A stretch of 64,000 nt of DNA from Octopus sinensis. Its lineage: Eukaryota. Under the pieces are notes generated by a model. It ran no database searches. It was not told where the DNA came from and saw nothing but the letters and a program-made list of their open reading frames with translations. The position numbers and the translations under genes were made by a program. The stretch spans positions 109,616,001 through 109,680,000 of the forward strand of contig NC_042998.1 in the NCBI RefSeq assembly GCF_006345805.1. Direction: 5' to 3'. Below, in pieces: positions 11,687 to 24,545 of this stretch; position 1 is the stretch's first letter; each line of letters begins with the position of its first letter.

Positions 11687-11900
11687 GATGGCGGTGAAGT
11701 GGCAGAATCGTTAGCACGCTGGACGAAATGCTTAACAGTGTTTCGTTTGTCGCTACGTTTTGAGTTCAAATTCCTCTGAGGTCAACTTTCATCCTTTCGG
11801 GGTCGATAAATTAAGTACTAGTCAAACATTCGAGTCTATGTAATCGACCAGCACCTTCTCTCCGAATTTCGGGCCTTGTATCTTTAATAGAAAGGATTAT
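11687..11900 (+). mobile_element. SINE family B
   Basis: GTGGCAGAATCGTTAGCACGCTGGACGAAATGCTT..CATCCTTTCGGGGTCGATAAATTAAGTAC. Confidence 0.9.
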
Positions 11901-13706
11901 TGTTGATGGCAGTGGCGAAGGCAGGAATGTAGAAAGCTGCACTTTGGCTATAGGTCTGCTTAATCAAGGCTATGTGAGACTAAGCAACAAGTTAAGTGTA
12001 TATCGAACTCATGAACAATGAGACGAGAGAATGATGATAGCAACCTCTTCAGTTAGTCATTAAGCTATCTACATAAATAGTTCAATAAATGCCATTATAA
12101 CTTTTAATGCATATAATCTCCAATAATTGAATATTTCATAATAGAAGGTGGGTGTCAAAATTAGTCTAATTAAAATGAAAACGTTACCGAACTAATTAAG
12201 GAAACATTGAACCTAATTAGTTTAGTTTCAAAACGCTCATTTAAACATGCTTTCATAACAAGCCATTAATTAAAAAAACAAAAGGATAAAAATGAATAAA
12301 TAAATTCGATAATGAAACATGTCAAAATCACGAAAGTGGGTTGTAAAATAACATATTTGCAAAAGGTATCACATTCAGTCGTCTGGAAACATTGACATTT
12401 CAGATTTGCATATGTCCGCTCCACTTATGTTGACGATTCGATAAATTGTTGTAAATAGTAGATATTTAAGTAGATATTGACACTAGAAGCACACAATTAA
12501 GAATATTTAACATTCTCTGGAGATATTAGAGGAGCTTTATAGTTATTAATAACTAAAAAAATTATAAATATGTGGTGTTATCTCGAACAATTTTGTAATT
12601 CTGTAGATCGAATGCAAAATTTTAAAATAATTTCCACTGGGTTAACTTCTTTTAATGAGTCTACATAAGTGAGATTTGCTGCTCAAAAGCGGAAAGAATT
12701 GATAAGTTACAGAATTATGTATCTGTAATGACACAGCAGCTACATTTCTTATTTAATAACAATATAAATGACAGCAGAAGTTCAGCTCCGTTGAAACGAA
12801 ATAGCATAAATTTAAGACTTCACCTAAGTTGCATAGTGATGCAAGTGATCGGAAATAAATTAGTATGACAGCGAATAAACGTTAGTAGTTTCTTCGAGAA
12901 ATAGATTCAAGTATATTTTGGCTGGGGTGAAATTCTTGGCAAAGGTCATCGACACCGAACAAGTCAAAATAGCAAATAATGATCACCCATCGATCGATTT
13001 ATTCATGAAATAGGCGACTAGTTACTTCATAGTCTCACAGCCAATTGGCGCCGAAAATAACAGTTCACAACGGACCACTGAAGTTAAGCTGTGACTGATC
13101 AAATTAATATTCAAAAGAGTGATCGACATTTTAAAACTTCATTTACGAAGTAATCAAATGCTTTTAATAACTAATATTTCTCTCGAGCAGTTATATCACG
13201 TACTGAGAAAGATGTTTTGTAAGCAACAACAGTATAAAACACGTTTATAGACAGTGCGTCGCGTAATAGCCGCACGTGTGTCGAGATTTTTTCAGGTTAC
13301 TCAGAAAATTCCAGGATATTAAGAAAACTTGAGTCTTTTGCACCACACCTGTGTATGTATTTTCCTTTAGAGCAAACTGCTATGTGTGTGTGTGCTTGTC
13401 TTTCTTTTAAAACAATTTTGATATTCGCTTTTCTTAAAAAGCTGATGGTAAAACGTGACAATTTTAGTGCCTTGCTCATTATGCTGAGGTTAAAAAAATG
13501 GAAATCACTATCTAACAGATATCTCGTTAAGTTCCAGATTTCGACTACTTAGAAAATGTCTCAAGCAAGTGGGAATTCAGTTGCTTGGCTGGTTTTTCAT
13601 ATTCCTTCGTGTTTCCAGTTCCAATGTTTCATTTCTAAATTTTACATGAAATGAAAGAGGGGGAAATCAGTTTCAATAACACACGTTGATTTCAAACACT
13701 GTATTG

Positions 13707-14096
13707 TTACTCTTTTATTCATTTACTGTGGTCATGCTGGAGCACCGCCTTTAGTCTAGCAAATCGGCCCCATGACTTATTCTTTGTAAGCCTAGTACTT
13801 ATTCTATCGGACTCTTTTGCCGAACCACTAAGTTACGGGGACGTAAACACACCAGCATCGGTTGTCATGCGATGTTGGGAGGACAAACACAGACACACAA
13901 ACATACACCCCCACACACATGCATACATATATACGACGGGTTTCTTTCAGTTCCGTCTACTAAATCCACTCACAAGGCTTTGGTCGGCCGAGGCTATAGT
14001 AGAAGAAACTTGCTCAAGGTGCCACGCAGTGGAACTGAACCCGGAACCATGTGGTTCGTAAGCAATCTACTTACCACACAGCCACTCCTACGCCTG
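13707..14096 (-). mobile_element. SINE family A, full length
   Basis: Collinear with 4681-5086. Confidence 0.9.
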
Positions 14097-14139
14097 TTAT
14101 AAATGCTATTCTTTGTTAATATTGCATACTCCATAAGAC

Positions 14140-14350
14140 AGCGAACTGGCAGAATCGTTAGCACGCCGGGGAAAATACTAAGCAGCATTTCGTCCGTCTT
14201 TACGTTCTGAGTTCAAATTCCACGGAGGTCGACTTTGCCTTTCATCCTTTCGGGGTCTATAAAATAAGTACCAGTTGAGCAATGGGGTCTTTGTAATTAA
14301 TTCCTTCCCTTCTCCGTAATTGTTGGCCTTGTACCAAAATTTGAAATGAA
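14140..14350 (+). mobile_element. SINE family B
   Basis: GAACTGGCAGAATCGTTAGCACGCCGGG..GGCCTTGTACCAAAATTTGAAA. Confidence 0.9.
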
Positions 14351-14574
14351 TATTGCGTAGACCCTTACTAAGTTGGTATTCAGCCAGACGACCAAGTGCA
14401 TCCCGCGCTTCCATAGTTCCCTATATACCGTACCTACATCTCGTTAATAAATATATCGCACAAATGGCATACACTGGCTGGTTGCATGTGGCGCACTGTG
14501 GAAGCTGTCGATTTGTTGTTGATAGAGAGAACCTTAGTCGGAAAGAAGTTATGCCATTTATAGGGTTTCATATA

Positions 14575-14752
14575 TTAGTCTCAAATTTTCACACAAGGCC
14601 ATCACATTCCGAAAGAGGGGGTAAGTCGATTACATCGACCCTAGTGAAAGGCAAAGTTAACCTCGGCCGAATTTGAACTCAAAACGTAAAGACGGACAAA
14701 ATGCTGCTAAGCATTTTACCCGGCGTGCTTAACGATTCTGTCAGCCCACTGC
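14575..14752 (-). mobile_element. SINE family B with internal deletion
   Basis: Reverse complement of the family B head and tail. Confidence 0.85.
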
Positions 14753-14814
14753 CTTTAGGCGTTTCATATATTAAAAGGATTTATGTTGTCATGGTTGGTT
14801 GCAGTTGTTGTTAT

Positions 14815-14910
14815 GGCAGCAGTGACAGCAGCAATAACAACATTGGTGACAGGAACAACAGCGAAAGCACTAACAACAACAGCAACAGCAGCTGTAACAG
14901 CAACAACGAC
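14815..14910. repeat. Degenerate (CAG/CAA)n array
   Basis: Visible directly. Confidence 0.85.
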
Positions 14911-15391
14911 GGCAAAGTAAGTGGTGGAGGCGACTTCATGGGGAGGTTACTATGGCAGTGAAGTCAAAAAAATACATCTGGTTCTCCCTAAACAAAAGGG
15001 GACACGCCAGACACAAGCGGAAAAGTTTGTGAAAATAAGTAAGGAGAGTGTAAGATGCAAACCTAGTTAAAGTTTTGATTGCAACTGCACGGAAAGCGTT
15101 GGTGTATAAATGTGTCGGCAAAAATCTGACGCATAGAATCAGCAACACAAAACCCCTGTGGAAAGTGGCTTCAAAGATACATGGGCAAACATAGAGCATG
15201 TAACCAGAGCAAAGTAGTTCGGTAAGGTGGAGGTCTTTTCACAAGTGAAGCCCTTGTTGAAGAAAGGTACACTTTCTTAAAACGAACCACAATCACAAAA
15301 GCATCAATGCAACACCCACACCAAACACCGGAAAATCCACATCAAAAACTCGACCATCATTAACACCTACCCCAAGGAAAAGAAAGTAAAG

Positions 15392-16750
15392 CGCCAATGT
15401 GGATATTGGCAAATAGAAATCGGGTCATCTAGATCATATCTAGATAGGGTATTCTGTAGGACAGTAGACAGGGGTAGCATAGGTTGTTCACAATTTAAAG
15501 TTGTCGGTCGATCTAGGTAGGTTGCATAGACAAGGACAACATCACGGGAAACTGAATACATCTTCTTGGGTATGCCACATTTACAGGGACCAGATTAGAG
15601 AACTAAGAGGGGGCTGACGGGGACAATCGCCAATAGCTGATTGAAGTCTGCGCTGAAAAAGGCTATAAAATTAGAATCAATTAAATTTAGTTAGGAAATA
15701 GAGATAGAGGATTCTAGAGCAGCTGATGGATACGAGAAGTGACAAGATGCACTGCTAAGAAAGGACCGAAAGAAGGGTTATGATTTTCACAACTTCAGGC
15801 TCATAGTTTAGCTAAATGCAAAGTTGACGATTTTGACTAAAGCTTAGATTTTGACTAAAACTCAACTTAGAGGCTGGTTCTTGCCATCAATACTTTGGTG
15901 GGTTAGCTTCAGACATGTGCCATAGCAAACAAATCTATCAACGATAAACTCCACCTCACGCTGTACATCATAGAAAGAACCTGACCTGGGTGGATCCTTG
16001 ATCGATTTAAATCAGTTGAAATCTTTGGATATGACCGGCTATCAATTCTAGGCGTCTATCCTGAAGGTGGTTGGTTTCGGTCCCGTCTTCTATGGTTGAA
16101 TCGCTGCAATGTACAGTAACATTTACTTGGTGGTCAGGATAAATGGCCACCTGTCGGAATCACGCAGTATCACTCAGTTGGCTTGTCAAGGGTATTCCAT
16201 CTCTTCTCTTTTGAATGTACTGACTCTAGACTCAATGCATCAGAAGTTGGAGATTTTGAGGGTTATACCTCGAGAACTAGAATGTGGAAGATTCGCGTTT
16301 GCATATTCGGTCAACGTCGCCGTAATAGTGTCGGACACCAAATGTATCGTGGTGATCGGCACTACTCTAAAGGAGTACGAAGTAGCGACAGGGGCAAAAA
16401 AAAAAAATTAACCAGGAGAAGTCTTTAGGTCTGCAACTCAGTACCTGGTAAGGTAGGTCCAAAACATCCAACAAACGTCGTTAGCCAACGGAAAGACAGA
16501 ACTGTTCAACAGCTTGCGATTTGGCTTGGTTCAGACATTTCGGTGGACAAGAATTGGGAAGATGCGACGAGCAGGGTGGCTAGATTTACACAGAAATGGA
16601 TTGAAAGGAAATTACTCTGAAGGCTCGGGCGAAGGTGGCAAATGCCTACATCGCATCGATCATCCTCCTGCCTTGCTCCGCTTCATGTCTGATCAGAAAG
16701 AAGCGCAAATGGACTTTAATTACGGAAGTCTTGTTGAAACCTTCAATCTA
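15392..16750 (+). mobile_element. Degraded L1/Tx1-clade LINE ORF2 (AP endonuclease end plus RT)
   Basis: Translations SSRSYLDRVF (endonuclease), GKLNTS, HNFRLIV*LNAKLTILTK (RT motif 1), QTCAIANKSINDKL, VRINGHLSE..CQGYSISSLL, AYSVNV (decayed YADD), ATGAK..NQEKS; many stops and frameshifts. Confidence 0.8.
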
Positions 16751-16825
16751 AATTAATTATGAAATATTTGACTTTATAACGGTAATAGAAACTGAATTTT
16801 ACTTTATAATGATAATGTACACATT

Positions 16826-16826
16826 A

Positions 16827-16886
<60 letters not shown>
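16826..16886. repeat. (CA)n microsatellite
   Basis: Visible directly. Confidence 0.95.
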
Positions 16887-16889
<3 letters not shown>

Positions 16890-17224
16890 GCATAAAGTAG
16901 GAGTTATGAGAGGTGAATATAGATTTACTTAACCAAATGACTTCCATAGGATTACAGCCATTTTGCAACCATCTTCATGTATTAATTTCAGTATGCGAGA
17001 AATTATACATACATGTTTGCGTTAATGCGAGGCATTATACTATGCAATTTTATATTCAAAGAAAAGTAGCTCATCAGATCACCAAAATATCTTGGTTACA
17101 TTAACAGTTAAACCTTAAGTAGGAGGAGCTTACTGAATAGCCACACGATTCTTTGAATCCATATCTTTGCATCCCTTGAAGAAAATGACTTGCTGACTGA
17201 TACTTAGCATAATTTTCAACTAAG

Positions 17225-17755
17225 TAGAAGCTGCCAGACAAGGCTCTTACAGTACTACAACAAAGTGTTAAAGCAGCTGATCAACAACTCAAATGTGGAT
17301 GTGATAAAACTGACCATGGCACGATTTTCCACAAGCTGCGTGATTTCAGCATAGAAAACTTGGAGAGTGGCTACACGACATTTTAAAAGATAGAAGTCAG
17401 GCAATGGAGCAACTTCTCAGGAAATATAGAAACTGAGTGGCGTCCACAGGATACTATCTCAGGGACACTGCTAATTATAATGTCCCTCGCAGACATGTCG
17501 CTAATTGCACAGATACCTACCCTTGCTAGCTATGCAGACAATACAAAAGTCTCGCAAAGAATTAAAAAAAAAACCTTGGAGGTGTTGCATACTTGCAACA
17601 TAAGTCGGACGCAATATACAGATGGATTGAGGACAATACTATGCGGTTTAATGCTGGAAAATTCCAAGCCCTATGCTACCAGAACATAAAGCTGAACAAA
17701 ATGCATACTGGCCCAGGATAAATTGCAATCCCTGAATCAGCATCAGTGCACGACA
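17225..17755 (+). mobile_element. Degraded CR1-clade LINE RT fragment
   Basis: Translations SCQTRLLQYYNKVL, DHGTIFHKLRD, SGVPQ-like region, LASYADNTKVSQ, MRFNAGKFQALCY. Confidence 0.8.
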
Positions 17756-18040
17756 TTACCTTTCATCTTTTCGGGATCGATAAAATAAGTACTCTCCAAT
17801 TCCAGACCTTGTGCCTATAATAGAATTATTATTATTATTATTATTATTATGTGTGTCTGTGTTTGTCCTCCCAACATTGCTTGACAACCGATGCTAGTGT
17901 GTTTACGTCCCCATAATTTAGCGGTTCGGCAAAAGAGACCTACAGAATAAGTACTAGGTTTACAAAGAATAAGTCCTGGGGTCGATTTGCTCGACTAAAA
18001 GTGGTGCTCCAGCATGGCCTTAGTCAAATGACTCAAACAA

Positions 18041-18045
<5 letters not shown>
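17756..18045 (+). mobile_element. Family B 3' fragment followed by family A 3' half, then (GA)n
   Basis: CTTTCATCTTTTCGGGATCGATAAAATAAGTAC, then GTGTCTGTGTTTGTCCTCCCAACATTGCTTGACAACCGATG..CAAATGACTCAAACAAGTAAG. Confidence 0.8.
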
Positions 18046-18091
<46 letters not shown>

Positions 18092-18993
18092 ATTCTTTGA
18101 TTTAAAATTAAATTTCAATATTTGAAATAATCCTATCCCCAGGCGAATTGATTTGCCTCTTTTGTTCATGTACATGGCCATAATTTTGATTCATACAAAT
18201 CTAAATACAAAATCAATTCTTTGAATAGTTTACTGGAATCAAGGGCAAGACAGTTGTTTAAAATTTGTTCTACTAGATTTCAAGATGTTTGTACAAATTT
18301 CGAAATTTACTAACAAGTACAGCTTGATGGTCTTTGATTGTGTTGTTTGTTTTCTTTACACTCGAATTCATTGCTGATACAAATTTAACGATTCCATCTA
18401 TATCGCCAATATAAATGCAAAATAAATCGGTTGTTAAAAGTCTCATAACGAAATGTCTCGAAGAAACTCGAGTGTTTTAATATTTATAATTAGCCAAGAC
18501 ATTGCTTCTTGCTTATAAGAAAGGAGCAGTTATTCTGATTTATGTGAATGTCAATATAAAATAGATAATCATCATAAAAGATGATGTCTACGATTGCCAG
18601 TATAAATTTAAAGCTATCGCAATTACACTTAAGTATATATGTATATGTGGACGTGACTTTCACTTTTCAAGAGATTTTCGTACCGCACCAGAATACCTTG
18701 TAATGGTGGCAGTTCGGTAGTGTTGGTAATGCCAATCATTAGTAATTGCAGTGGAGTCACCAGTAAATAGCTTTACTATGCTAAAATATTTAAGTACTGG
18801 TTCGTACGTCGAAAACATGACAAGTCGTCAAATGGCTCTTTTGAATTCCCACTAATCTACGTACCTGCGTGTTTAAGCTATTGATCAAAATCAGTAATTT
18901 TAGTGACTATTTCAAAGTAGCAGAAGATTAAACAATAAATCCCCCCGCCATAAACGCAAATAAACACTACCACCATTTACAACATAATGTGAA

Positions 18994-19153
18994 AGAAGAA
19001 GAAGAAAAGGAAGACAAAGAAGAAGACAAAGAAGAAGGAGAAGAAGGAGGAAAAGAAGGAGAAGAGGAGGAAGAGGAAAAGAAGGCGGTAGGAGAAGGAG
19101 GAAAAGAAGAAGAAGAAGAAGAAGAAGAAGAAGAAGAAGAAGAAGAAGAAGAG
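18994..19153. repeat. Polypurine (GAA/GGA)n tract
   Basis: Visible directly. Confidence 0.95.
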
Positions 19154-19499
19154 CTACAGTAAAAACTACATTTACGATATTGGAAAATGACGCAGATGGC
19201 TTTACTTTCCAGCCTCCGGCATTTTAAAGTAATTATTTAAATTGCTTGATGGTGAGAAGTTCAGGGCATAATTTCAAATGAACTTGAAGTTAATCGTGTA
19301 GAAATTCTTGCTTATTTGATGGACAGAGGAAGTGTCAGCGATAACTGATACTTCCCGCATTTAGCCCTGTCAGCAGCACTGGCCACAGATTGTTATTTAT
19401 CTCCAGAAGTATAAAGATTGCTTCATCTTACACTTGACTTAATTGGTCAGAAGAACAGATAAATATAAAAGTCTGCATTTACTTTCGTCTTATATAATG

Positions 19500-19644
19500 T
19501 ACACACACACATATTTTCATGCACACGCATACATACATACATACATACTACATACATACATACATACATAATACATACATACATACATACATACATACAT
19601 ACATACATACATACGTACGTACGTACATACATACATACATACAT

Positions 19645-19700
<56 letters not shown>
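19500..19700. repeat. (CATA)n/(CA)n/(TA)n compound microsatellite
   Basis: Visible directly. Confidence 0.95.
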
Positions 19701-19702
<2 letters not shown>

Positions 19703-20049
19703 GTTGCAAATGTTTATGAATGTTGTATACAAACAAAAATGTATGTGTTTATAAGCTACATATGTACATATACGTTTCCTAATATGATGCACATATATAT
19801 ATATATATTAGAAAGTTTGGAGATGATACATACATACATACACACACACACATATATATATATATATATGCATATATGTTGTTCTTTTTGATTCATTTAA
19901 ATTCTTTGCAGAAGTCAATTCTTCAGTAACAATGTATCGTGTTTTTACTTGAGTCCAAACCATCTCAAGGGTATGTGAATACGTGACTTAGTGGACGCAT
20001 ATATCTGGGTTCCTGTGTCGATATAGTGCCCTCATGTAATAGGTGCACA

Positions 20050-21720
20050 CAGTCTCTTTAATATACAGGTGTTTGTTTGATCACATCAAATGAAGAACCT
20101 TTAAAATGTTTTTCAAACCTTCGCTGCATCACTAATCAGATAGATTTGGAAGGACAAAAGTCAGTTTACTTTCTTTTTTCTTGGAAAATCTCAGCATTTA
20201 GAAACTTTAGTGCAAATCTGTTTTCACATAGGACAAATGAAAATCTGTAACCTGGATACAAGCACTATCAGTTTCGTGTAACTTCACCTAAGAGATTCTA
20301 TTTTTGCCCCCGACTTTAGCTGAGACATTCACAGCCACCGAACAGCTGACCTCTAACATAGTATATAAATTTTGTTCTCTGTTCCATAGAACAATATCAG
20401 GACAGCTGTTTTTATAGGAATTTTCTAACAATAATATATATACCTTTAAAGTTGGTGGTACAGTTTGGTTCTTGAGTGCGCTTGTGAAGCTTAGCACTGT
20501 AAATTGTTTTGGCATAAGGAGGTAGTACTTTGCTGATAATATTTGACGGCTGCCGACTGTGTGAATATCCTCTACACTGGTATGGCACAATCGCCATATT
20601 CTATTACAGCGAGAAGATTTGAAGGTATTTTAATCTTCTAATCGACCAGGAAAATGGTGATTATTCCTTGATCCTTCTAGGTTGGGTGCGATGCTTTTCT
20701 GTCTGGTGAAGGAGATGCTTCTCATCCAGTCAAAGTTGGTATCTAGCCCATGGGATATACACCTTTGTATAACTCTCTACTGATATATTGAGTGTTTCTT
20801 CATTAGGTTTCTGTTTAAGTAGGCTAAACTAATTACTTTTGCTACGCATTTAAGCGCTGTACACAGATTGTCAATTCACGAGTTCTTAGCCAACTCGCAT
20901 AATGTAATTTTTTTACCACTACTGAATCAGATGAGATGTATTATTTTCCCCTTTACTCTTCAATAGTGTTATCTGAGAGATAAGATACAGCTTCAAAGGC
21001 CGCTTGGACTGACATTATGCCTTTACCTCAGCCCCCACCCAACCGCTTACCATACATCCAGTCAATGTCAATGTTGATATTGAGCTGCTTACCAGTAGAG
21101 ATTAGTATCTTCCTTATCTTAATGTGAAAGTTATAGATCTCTTGAAGTGTCTATTCTATCCCGAATGCTTGTACTATCATTATTGAAAGCTAGAAGCACT
21201 GACTTCCATACCTTCCGTAGCTTGTTAAAATATTCCTTTATAACTCTAATCAATGAATGCAATACTCTTGTCACTTCCAAGAATTTGTTGCATTCATCAT
21301 TAGAGATAGGGGAGACAGATATCCCAATAATGTTCCAAGTCTAGACAACAATCTTTCATCGATTGACTACTAAATATGAAACGCTATTCTAGCCAAATCT
21401 ATTCCTGTGTCTCGTGAGAATATTCTGACCAGTACTTACTGTCTCTTGCTGTTATAAATAGAACTTGAATACAGCTTAGCGTCATTCACAGGTCGTAGGA
21501 AACATTAATTTTTCTCTCTTCTGTAAATCCTAACTTGTAGCTTTTGAATTTCTTCAACATAGATGAGAAAGGGTTCACTACTAGAATAAAAAGAATTGCA
21601 GTCAAGAATGTTACCTTGGAATAACCCTGTCGATAACTTAAAATTCTGTTTGTGACTATAATGGTTAGTTCAGGTCTTATCGAGTTTGGACCATGTAATA
21701 ATGTTTTAATGATTCTGACA
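20050..21720 (-). mobile_element. Old degraded R4/Dong-like (RLE-type) LINE: RT core to restriction-like endonuclease
   Basis: Minus-strand translations TGLFQGN, VNDAKLYSSS, TLQEI..KIRKILISTG, CHTSVEDI (zinc knuckle), CPDIVLWNREQNLYTMLEVSC..VNVSAKVG (PD-D/ExK), LYPGYRFSF. Confidence 0.8.
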
Positions 21721-21891
21721 ACACATTGAGACCTTAGTCATGCGTAGTGACACTAGTATCCATGACATATCCATGACATATCCATGATACTGACATATCC
21801 TTATGCTAGAAAATATAATTTCTAAATTTTAACACAGTATCAAGGCCTCAGGCTGCAATTTTAAATTAATAATGTAGCTGAGGGTCTGCAT

Positions 21892-21982
<91 letters not shown>

Positions 21983-22118
21983 AGAAATAAGAGAAAATTT
22001 TACCGGTGAGTGTGTTAAATTATAAGGCAAAAAAGAAAATGACTCTCCCCAGACACAACAGAATATGCTTCAAAACATGAACTCATGTAAAGAATCTTGC
22101 AAACCAAATCCCAAAACG

Positions 22119-22168
<50 letters not shown>

Positions 22169-22254
22169 CCATGCGCGCACGCGTATATGTGCGTATATAT
22201 AAATTGAAGCTGCAGTTTGATGCCTTCGATTAATATAAGAAATCAGTAATTATT

Positions 22255-22400
22255 TCTTGGTATAAGGCTACAACTTCTTCGGGGAAGTTGTAATGGATTG
22301 CATCGACCCTAACGCTTGAGTGGTGTTTATATTACAGATTCAGAAAATTAAAAGGCAAGTAGCCAAATATCCAAAATTAGCGTTCGACTCTCTACCGACG
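22255..22400 (-). mobile_element. Highly degraded SINE family B
   Basis: TTGGTATAAGGCTACAAC..ATCGACCCTAACGCTTGAGTGGTG resembles the reverse family B tail. Confidence 0.5.
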
Positions 22401-22856
22401 TTTGCTCATGGATCAACTCTGCAAATAAACATTATTGATAAATATTAAACTTCCTGTTGGTTGAATGCAGGAAATACTTTCGATTTCCTGCTGTAGTCGT
22501 CTTCTTCCTCTTACATCATTAATGCAGTCGCGAAATATCTCAAGGTTGCACTTCTTCATCTTCATAATTACTTTAATCAAAGATATATTTTGTCCAATGT
22601 ATTTATGCACTTTTAAGATGTTAGGGTGGGATTTGAGGGAAACGTACGCTATTTCGAGCAGTATTTTAGTTGTATGGTTATATGATGATATTTTCTGTTA
22701 TATTGAATGAATTGAAGTAAACAATGTAACGCTAATTTTGACGCATGGCTGAATTTTGTTTGAGGCTTCAGCTTTCTGTTTAAATCATATAACGATCGAC
22801 TTTTCATCTATTGATTCGAATAAAAATAACTAACAGAAATAAATTGGATAGTGTAC

Positions 22857-22858
22857 TG

Positions 22859-22891
<33 letters not shown>

Positions 22892-22892
22892 C
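22857..22892. repeat. (GTT)n microsatellite
   Basis: Visible directly. Confidence 0.95.
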
Positions 22893-23075
22893 TAATCCCT
22901 TGTCAGTCTGATCTGCGACCTTCCAGTATTTTCTCAACCGTGACTCTTCGATATTTTCTCAGTCGTGGAATCCACGTTCACATTATCCAATGAGTCCAAG
23001 ACAGCATGGTGTTACTTGAGGTAGATTTTGTTGCTATTTCTTGCATGTTAATCGTCTGTGTAGAGAATCTCTTGT
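22890..23075 (+). repeat. Old dispersed repeat (family D)
   Basis: Shares the AGATTT.GTTGCTATTTCT.GC motif with 6608, 7883 (minus) and 26569 (minus). Confidence 0.4.
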
Positions 23076-23427
23076 TACCAGTGGGTTTATAGTAACGGTA
23101 CAGAGTTCACAAGTTTCTTCAAGTATTTAGTTCTTTCCGCAATCGACTTTGAGTTTCATTGACTGTTATCGATGAATTAAGTGCCAGTAGTACACTGAGG
23201 AGTAGGGTTGTTTAATTGAACGTGTTTTCTCTCTTTTGTGTGTAGGAAGACTTTTCTCAAGTGAATAGAAATCAATAGACAGAGCTAATTTAAGCTGTTA
23301 ACCTCCTCAATAAATAGATACCATGTCTAGACAACAGAAATTATTATTCTATTCTTGAAAAAATAAATTAATAATTGCAGAAAATAAATGTGTAAAATAA
23401 TAATAAACTAGTAGTTTCCAGAAGTTT

Positions 23428-23595
23428 CCAGGCGTATTAGTTAGAGCATCAGACAAAATGCCTAGCGGTACATAATTTCGAAAACTTTATGTATTGAATT
23501 CAAACCCAGCGTAAGTTAATTTTACTTTTTATCCTTCCGACATCTATAGACAAAATAGATATCAGTCAAGTATCAGAGGCGGTTTAATTAACTGA
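23428..23595 (+). mobile_element. Highly degraded SINE family B
   Basis: GTTAGAGCATCAGACAAAATGCCTAGCGGTA..TGAATTCAAACCCAGCG. Confidence 0.55.
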
Positions 23596-23719
23596 ATTCC
23601 TTAAACTTTTTCAAGAATTTATGATTGAGAACCTTGACCGAATCTTCTTGGTATCTTCAGACTAAAATTGACGGTTTTCTATGTCTCCTTTTTATCAAGT
23701 ACAGTTTAATGGGTGAACA

Positions 23720-24545
23720 GTCAACGGCATTGGAGAGGGTTGGTGTCGACGAACATGATACTCTGGTATTTGTGGCTATCATACCATGAGTTGGCCTTCT
23801 CTATTTTCTTCTTAGTCCTTTCAATGGTGTTCCATGACTTGCTCCTATAGAGTGGGCAAATCCCATGCCTATCGTTAAGAAATGTTGTATGTGTATCTTT
23901 AACTCTGTAGGGTCGCACATGCGGGACACATTTCGCATTACTCTGACGAGGTCTGCCATCAGTATATTGAATTTGGCATTGTCCGCGATAGCTGAGTTCC
24001 GGTGGATCAGGTATTTGGGTTTGGATCAGTGGTTACCTTGTGGTCCTTGCGAAGTCCATACAGTGTCGGGATATCGTTCCAGGTTCGAAAATTGTTAGCT
24101 GTGCGTTTCTGGGGTCCAAGAACAATTGTCCACATCATCATGTGGGCGTTGAGGACCTTTTCTCTCTCCTCATGCGCCTGTAAAGTTGTTACTTTCGTAT
24201 TGGCGATGTGAGGTTGCATTGCCTGGATGTAGTTCGGCAAGCTGTCTATTGACATCCTGCCGGACTTATCTGTGGGAAGGCATACCATCTCTCCGTTCCT
24301 CGTGCGCTGCATGAGCTTACGTAGGCACATGCGGGTATATTCCCGAGTTGTTGGGCCTCTGTCTTATTCTGTCTCTGTCTCTTAGTGTATAGTTCTAAAA
24401 TCTGTCTAAGTTTGGTCTTAGCTATAGTGAATTGTGTTTCCATGTGGTCACTAGTATGTCTTAGGATGCAGACCCTTTTGCTAAAGGGTAATTTTGTCTG
24501 GTAAATCCGGCTCATATTGTAAGATTTGTCACATATGTTGAAGAA
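23720..24545 (-). mobile_element. Penelope-like retroelement ORF remnant with the RT core deleted
   Basis: Minus-strand ORF VCLPTDKSGRMSID..PTLYGLRKDHK matches the PLE N-terminal ADKG and YGLPKIHK motifs; downstream piece FLNDRHGICPLYRSKSW..WY..YQSIMFVDT resembles the post-RT linker. Confidence 0.7.

Noticed and set aside
12640-13200. Repeat-free stretch with TGACAG, GCCAATTGGC and GATTTAT motifs (enhancer-like)
   Set aside because: Short motifs at about chance frequency; cannot be supported without conservation or chromatin data.
21771-21800. Small tandem duplications (also 971-1017, 28545-28595, 47176-47223)
   Set aside because: Ordinary slippage duplications of 12-26 bp with no further structure.
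22413-22710. Overlapping short ORFs on both strands
   Set aside because: No recognisable domain or splice signals.
23945-23970. CTGACGA-GG..CC on the plus strand
   Set aside because: No downstream GAAA; it lies antisense within the PLE coding relic.
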